NCBI GenBank assembly: GCA_964447765.1 | Contig: CAYUTO010000001.1 | Span: forward strand, 121,125 to 185,124 | Source of the DNA: an uncultured Gammaproteobacteria bacterium | GTDB taxonomy: Bacteria; Patescibacteriota; Patescibacteriia; Magasanikbacterales; UBA922 | Direction of reading: 5' to 3' | DNA length: 64,000 bases | In this document: in pieces, positions 59,791 through 64,000 of the stretch | Layout of the letters: every line of letters begins with the position of its first letter | Numbering within the stretch: the stretch's first letter is position 1 | The notes under the pieces: model-generated | Seen by the model: only the letters and a program-made list of their open reading frames with translations | Databases searched by the model: none | What the model was told of the DNA's origin: nothing | Translations under genes and position numbers: made by a program

Positions 59791-60141
59791 TTATACAAAT
59801 TCGATTTTCGCAGTTTCCGCGCTATCATTCTCGCGATATCCTAATTTTGTAATTCGGGTATATCCACCTTTTCTTTCAGCATATCGTGGAGCGATATCTT
59901 TGAAGAGCTTACTTACCGCTCTGCCGGTGAAGAGTACTCCCATCGCCATATCACGATCGAGCTGAGTGTTTCCCTTTGCTCGAGTGATCAAGGGTTCTAC
60001 TACAGTTCGAAGAGCTTTTGCTTTTGCAAGAGTAGTTGTTACTGCACCATGCAATACCAAACTTTCCGCCAAACTGCGCAATAGCGCTTTGCGTTGTCCT
60101 CGTTCACGTCCTAGCTTTACGCCTTTTTTCTTATGTCTCAT
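59791..60141 (-). CDS. rplQ: 50S ribosomal protein L17
   Basis: MRHKKKGVKLGRERGQRKAL N-terminus typical of L17. Confidence 0.9.
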   Translation of the reverse strand: MRHKKKGVKLGRERGQRKALLRSLAESLVLHGAVTTTLAKAKALRTVVEPLITRAKGNTQLDRDMAMGVLFTGRAVSKLFKDIAPRYAERKGGYTRITKLGYRENDSAETAKIEFV

Positions 60142-60161
60142 ACAATTATCAATAACAAATA

Positions 60162-60887
60162 TTATTCTTGTCCAGTAGAACCTGTACCCACTGCGGTACC
60201 GGCCGCATCAAGTACAAGGCTATAGTGGTCCATAAGAATCTTGGTTGCTCGCTCTACTGCAATACGAGGAGAGATCGTTCCATTGGTTTCAATTCTGATC
60301 GTCAACTTTTCGTAATCAGTTACATCTCCTACACGAGTGTTTTCAACTGAGTAACCAACATCCTTGATTGGTGAATAGAATGAATCCATTACAATCGTGC
60401 CCAAATCAAGATGCTTACTCTCTTTTTCTGCAGCAGGGATATATCCCAATCCTTTGCCAATAATCACTTCAAGTGTAAGCTCTTTCTTGTCAGAGGTAAT
60501 GGTTGCAATTTTTAATTCAGGATTTACAATTTCGATATCAGCATTTTTTTCAAAGTCAGCCGCAGTCACATCGCCGATGCCTTTTTTCTTTAAAGTCAAA
60601 ACAACAGGTGTATCGCTGTGAGAAATTACTGCAAGCTGTTTCAAATTGAGGGTAACTTCAATCACATCTTCCTGCACTCCTTCGATTGCAGCAAATTCGT
60701 GTTGAACTCCATCAATTTTCACTGCTTCTACAGAAGAACCTTCAATTGAAGAAAGAAGTACTCGTCTCAAAGAATTACCAAGAGTGGTACCATATCCCTG
60801 ATGACAAGGAGTAACTACGAGCTCACCAATGTTTTTATCACCGGTTTCTCGGAATTCGATTGTCGAAGGTAGTAAAATATAATCCAT
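60162..60887 (-). CDS. rpoA: DNA-directed RNA polymerase alpha subunit, N-terminal domain only (241 aa)
   Basis: Clear alpha-NTD sequence. Stops 20 nt before rplQ, so there is no room for an alpha-CTD. Confidence 0.85.
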   Translation of the reverse strand: MDYILLPSTIEFRETGDKNIGELVVTPCHQGYGTTLGNSLRRVLLSSIEGSSVEAVKIDGVQHEFAAIEGVQEDVIEVTLNLKQLAVISHSDTPVVLTLKKKGIGDVTAADFEKNADIEIVNPELKIATITSDKKELTLEVIIGKGLGYIPAAEKESKHLDLGTIVMDSFYSPIKDVGYSVENTRVGDVTDYEKLTIRIETNGTISPRIAVERATKILMDHYSLVLDAAGTAVGTGSTGQE

Positions 60888-60934
60888 AGACCTAGATTAT
60901 TGAAGGGTGGGGCTAAAGCCGCACTCCCTCATGA

Positions 60935-61558
60935 TTAACGAGTTGAGTAATACTCAACAATAAGTTTAACGTCAAATACACGTTCAAAATCAGTTTCGAC
61001 TGGCTTTCCAATCACGGTACCGCCTTTTGCAGCAGTAGCAACGGTCAACCATGAAGGAAGCGTGTGCTTACTTAATTTTTCGTCAATTCCTTCAAAAATC
61101 TTTTTGTTTGCTTTATTTGGTTTGAGGGCAAGTACATCACCTACACTTACAATGTGTGAAGGGATGTTCATCTTTTTACCATTCAAGGTAAACATACTGT
61201 GACTTACCAATTGACGAGCCTGTGCACGAGTGGTTGCAAAACCAAGGCGATAAACCACATTGTCCATACGCATTTCAAGAATCTGATTGAGGTTCACTCC
61301 TGAATCCCCTTTCATACCACTTGCAACTTCCACATAGCGTCGGAATTGGCGTTCACGAAGTCCGTATACAAATTTTGCTTTCTGTTTTTCATCAAGCTGA
61401 CGACCATATGAAGACGCATTACTTCTGCGCTTGGTTGGTCCATGCTGTCCTGGAGATTGCATCAATCGGCGAGCCACTTTGGCCGCATTTGTCTTCAATC
61501 CCAAGTTTACATGAAATCGGCGTGCTATTTTATTTTTTGGTCCAATATTTCTACCCAT
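60935..61558 (-). CDS. rpsD: 30S ribosomal protein S4
   Basis: S4 N-terminal motif and S4 RNA-binding domain. Confidence 0.9.
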   Translation of the reverse strand: MGRNIGPKNKIARRFHVNLGLKTNAAKVARRLMQSPGQHGPTKRRSNASSYGRQLDEKQKAKFVYGLRERQFRRYVEVASGMKGDSGVNLNQILEMRMDNVVYRLGFATTRAQARQLVSHSMFTLNGKKMNIPSHIVSVGDVLALKPNKANKKIFEGIDEKLSKHTLPSWLTVATAAKGGTVIGKPVETDFERVFDVKLIVEYYSTR

Positions 61559-61584
61559 AGTATTTCAAATTCGAATAAGTTACG

Positions 61585-61983
61585 TTATACGCGGCGACGC
61601 TTTGGTGGGCGGCAACCGTTATGTGCGATTGGAGTGATATCTTTTACTCCGAGCACGTTGACTCCGTTGGTATTAAATGCTCGAATTGCAGCTTCACGTC
61701 CACCTCCCACACCTTTGACAAATACGGTTACTTCTTTTACACCATACGCCTTGATTGCTTCAAGCACGTTTTTTACAACCATACCTGCAGCATAAGGGGT
61801 CGCTTTCTTTGGACCTTTGAATCCAGCACCACCCGCTGATCCCCAGCCGAGTACGTCTCCATTCTGGTCAGCCACCGTAACAATCGTATTGTTAAAAGAA
61901 GCCTGAACATACGCTCTGCCGTGAGAAACCGAACGAATCGCTTTTTTCTTTTTAGTAACTTTTTTAGTAGTTGCTTGTGCCAT
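61585..61983 (-). CDS. rpsK: 30S ribosomal protein S11
   Basis: S11 signature; C-terminal PPKRRRV. Confidence 0.9.
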   Translation of the reverse strand: MAQATTKKVTKKKKAIRSVSHGRAYVQASFNNTIVTVADQNGDVLGWGSAGGAGFKGPKKATPYAAGMVVKNVLEAIKAYGVKEVTVFVKGVGGGREAAIRAFNTNGVNVLGVKDITPIAHNGCRPPKRRRV

Positions 61984-62020
61984 ACGGTAATTTAGGAAAA
62001 TAAAGGATACACCCTAGCTA

Positions 62021-62422
62021 TTAGGTCTTCTGTGCAGATGGTTTCTTGCCACTTGGTGCAACATTTCGTTTGTTGCCTCGGGTTGTTCTACTATTGGTTT
62101 TTGTTCGCTGTCCTCGAAGCGGCAATCGTTTTGTATGTCTCGTACCACGATAGGATTTAATATCCTTCAAACGTTTGATATTTGAAGAAATTTCACGTCT
62201 CAAGTTTCCTTCAGTCGTTTCTTGTTTTTCAATAATATTGCGGATTACGTCTTCTTGCTCCTGGGTCAACGCTTTAACACGAGTGGTTTCAGGTACTTTT
62301 GCAGAAGCCAAAATTTTCTTTGCTTTAGTACTTCCAATACCGTAAATATACGTAAGCGCAATTACGATTCTTTTTTCGCGAGGAATAGTTACGCCGGATA
62401 CTCTCATAGATGAATGATTCAA
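62021..62422 (-). CDS. rpsM: 30S ribosomal protein S13
   Basis: S13 sequence; C-terminal RTKTNSRTTRG. Confidence 0.9.
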   Translation of the reverse strand: MNHSSMRVSGVTIPREKRIVIALTYIYGIGSTKAKKILASAKVPETTRVKALTQEQEDVIRNIIEKQETTEGNLRREISSNIKRLKDIKSYRGTRHTKRLPLRGQRTKTNSRTTRGNKRNVAPSGKKPSAQKT

Positions 62423-62448
62423 GATTATTCTAAAAAATTTAACTACCT

Positions 62449-62589
62449 GCTTTGGTTCTCTGCTTTCGTCCCTGTCGTTGTTTGTGGCGAGGGTTTTTGC
62501 AGATTACAAACCGTACTCCTCGTCTGATGACGATTTTACAGTCTTTGCAGCGTACTTTCACTGATGGGTGTACTTTCATATTCTGTGCT
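62449..62589 (-). CDS. rpmJ: 50S ribosomal protein L36 (with 9-aa C-terminal extension)
   Basis: Hand-translated: [37 protein letters not shown] plus RKQRTKAGS. Below the 60-aa track cutoff. Confidence 0.75.
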
Positions 62590-62677
62590 TTTTAAACAAA
62601 AATCATCAACTACTAAGCGATATCGACGTCAGCCTGTGGCCGACTACACCGCACTAGTTGAGACTTCCTATATTAAT

Positions 62678-62896
62678 TTAGAACCGGTAGGTAATACGCC
62701 CCTTTGAGAGGTCATACGGTGTCATTTCGACTTTTACTTCATCACCGACATTGAGTCGGATATTGAACATCCGCATTTTCCCTGAAAGATGAGCAATTAC
62801 TTCGTGTTCGTTTTCAAGTATCACTCGAAATTTAGCGCCGGGCAACAGTTCATCAACCGTACCTCGGACTTCTAAAAAATCATTTTGCTTTCCCAT
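62678..62896 (-). CDS. infA: Translation initiation factor IF-1
   Basis: 72-aa S1-like OB fold with the typical IF-1 sequence. Confidence 0.9.
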   Translation of the reverse strand: MGKQNDFLEVRGTVDELLPGAKFRVILENEHEVIAHLSGKMRMFNIRLNVGDEVKVEMTPYDLSKGRITYRF

Positions 62897-63039
62897 GTAA
62901 ATATGTTTAACGCCAGTATTGTAGCGTAAATGAATAACATTGTCAAGGTTTTTTAGTATGCCTCAGAAAATCTATATTTAGGCTTATTTTAGCACAGTAT
63001 TCCATGATTGACAAACTATGCACAATTTACTAATCTTTC

Positions 63040-63320
63040 CCCGTGGGTCAGAGTTCTTGTGCCAATTTCCACTGTGTAGAGTCATAGGCGGGAGACTCTG
63101 AGGTCGTATAACCGTGAGACTAGCCATGACTAAGGACAGGATACTCGGGTATAACTACGAGATACCTGGCACGAATGCGTGGCCGCGACGTTTCAGCTGT
63201 GTGCGACGGATATGTTCGACGTTGAAATACCGCCCTCTGGAATGACAGAGGGGCTCTGCACCCACCCCCCTACTTACCCCGCCGACACTTGTGTCCGCGG
63301 GGTTTCTACTTTTTATTTGT
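63040..63320 (+). ncRNA. Candidate structured non-coding RNA (unidentified)
   Basis: ~270 nt of GC-rich, ORF-poor sequence between two minus-strand genes. TTGACA -35-like hexamer at 63008. Several hairpins. Terminal GC hairpin ccccgc...gcgggg plus T-run on the + strand. Confidence 0.25.
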
Positions 63321-63347
63321 ATTTTCGTATCTACTGCCTTTTTCGTT

Positions 63348-63791
63348 TTAACTTTTTACCTCCACCCTCTCCCGATATACCCAAAATCTAAATAATGCAA
63401 AGTTCCAGAGCACCATACAAGCAATAGAGGCAAGACGGACCAATAGATATGGTAGGCCCCACACTTCGTTTCCCAGATACATCGCACCCACAGAGAAGGC
63501 ATAATTCCATGCCGCAAGGATGAGATACCGTACTAATTCCTTGTGTGATGCCCCTGTGCTTCCAAATGACCATTTTTTATTAAGTGTGAAATTGAATGCC
63601 ATGACAAATGCAGCATTAATCACGACTGATGTCGTCGGATCAAGATGCAACCATTCTACAAATAGAGTAAGAAGCGCTACATCAATTGCAACGCTCGAAA
63701 CACCAACAATCACATATTTGGCGAATTTCACGCGCTCAGCCCAGACCTGTGCAAATGTACTGAGAATTTTTTGTTTCATAGATATGGACAA
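63348..63791 (-). CDS. GtrA-family membrane protein
   Basis: Four-TM, 147-aa GtrA-like protein. Confidence 0.65.
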   Translation of the reverse strand: MSISMKQKILSTFAQVWAERVKFAKYVIVGVSSVAIDVALLTLFVEWLHLDPTTSVVINAAFVMAFNFTLNKKWSFGSTGASHKELVRYLILAAWNYAFSVGAMYLGNEVWGLPYLLVRLASIACMVLWNFALFRFWVYRERVEVKS

Positions 63792-64000
63792 GTATACGCG
63801 ATACCTTATTTTTGTTCAAATAAAAAAAATACTGCAGCTTATATGCTGCAGTATTTTGATTCGATACATATTTAGGCATTTTTGACTGCGAGCATTCTCA
63901 CTCTTTTTGTCTTGATCACTGAATATGTAAATGCCGCGAGGAACACACAACCTTGGAATAATACAATCGCCCCACCAGTTGATACATCAAGATAATAACT

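Noticed and set aside
63040-63320. Identification of the structured region as RNase P RNA, SRP RNA, tmRNA or 6S
   Set aside because: Universally conserved motifs (GGAAAGUCCGGGC / AGGGUGAAA for RNase P, the GGAAG...GCAGCC domain IV for SRP, the tRNA-like CCA end for tmRNA) are absent on both strands. The call is left open rather than named.
63179-63391. 70-aa plus-strand ORF in the GC-rich intergenic region
   Set aside because: It runs straight through a hairpin and T-run terminator and has low-complexity Pro/Thr composition. The region is more plausibly RNA.
1-64000. CRISPR arrays
   Set aside because: No short regularly spaced direct repeats were seen anywhere. The only multi-copy elements are the two 3'-UTR motifs about 7.7 kb apart.

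Overview
The window reads as bacterial chromosome with a compact, mostly minus-strand gene layout (AT-rich, roughly 35-40% GC). I infer, without being able to prove it, that it comes from a small-genome Patescibacteria/CPR-like bacterium with a single-membrane (monoderm) cell envelope. The supports are a short RpoA, very large secreted proteins carrying peptidoglycan-binding domains, and an inovirus with no secretin gene.

Features in order along the window:
- **1-10 kb:** a cupredoxin lipoprotein, a CapA-family gene, two ECF sigma factors each followed by a membrane protein that may be its anti-sigma factor, a HAD hydrolase, greA, and an LCP-family cell-wall-polymer gene.
- **10.4-13.3 kb:** a 961-aa surface protein with a canonical C-type lectin domain (EPN/WND motifs) and a C-terminal peptidoglycan-binding domain.
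- **13.4-15.2 kb:** a CNNM/CorC-family transporter and a membrane protein.
- **15.3-21.7 kb:** a carotenoid operon on the minus strand: a CruF-like membrane protein, crtI, crtB, a polyprenyl synthase, a UbiA prenyltransferase that may be a lycopene elongase, and a PP-loop-like gene. I read this as a C45/C50-type carotenoid pathway.
- **21.8-29.7 kb:** an accessory block bounded by two copies of a ~45-nt conserved 3'-UTR motif. It holds a 1018-aa repeat-rich surface protein with peptidoglycan-binding domains, a standalone C39-like peptidase, and a 1090-aa protein that fuses an HTH domain, an Mrr-like nuclease and TPR repeats.
- **29.7-38.7 kb (defense island):** a 929-aa protein fusing a PHP domain to an SMC/ABC-like ATPase, with a small transmembrane partner; a DUF2779-like protein; and a Type III restriction-modification system (res and mod).
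- **38.8-47.7 kb:** a LexA-like repressor, then an integrated filamentous (inovirus-like) prophage with the canonical gene order. Its genes are a g5p-like ssDNA-binding protein, three small hydrophobic proteins, a major coat protein, a g3p-like adsorption protein, a g6p-like protein, a Zot/pI assembly ATPase, and an HUH rolling-circle Rep. It also carries a large serine recombinase whose ORF runs into a tRNA-Gln(UUG) gene.
- **47.8-49.4 kb:** ftsX and ftsE.
- **49.5-51.1 kb:** a sharply GC-rich (~60%) island carrying a pyrE-like gene and a type-2 pyrF. I take this to be recent horizontal transfer.
- **51.2-58.9 kb:** gpsA, a hypothetical gene, tRNA-Thr(CGU), pyrD, a parvulin PPIase, an FtsB/DivIC-like protein, a bPH-domain membrane protein, a GT4 glycosyltransferase, and a Wzx flippase.
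- **59.0-62.9 kb:** the ribosomal/alpha operon: rpsI, rplM, rplQ, rpoA, rpsD, rpsK, rpsM, rpmJ, infA.
- **63.0-63.8 kb:** a ~270-nt GC-rich, ORF-poor region with a plus-strand terminator, which I flag as a candidate ncRNA, and a GtrA-family gene.

The rpoA here encodes only the N-terminal domain (241 aa); there is no alpha C-terminal domain.
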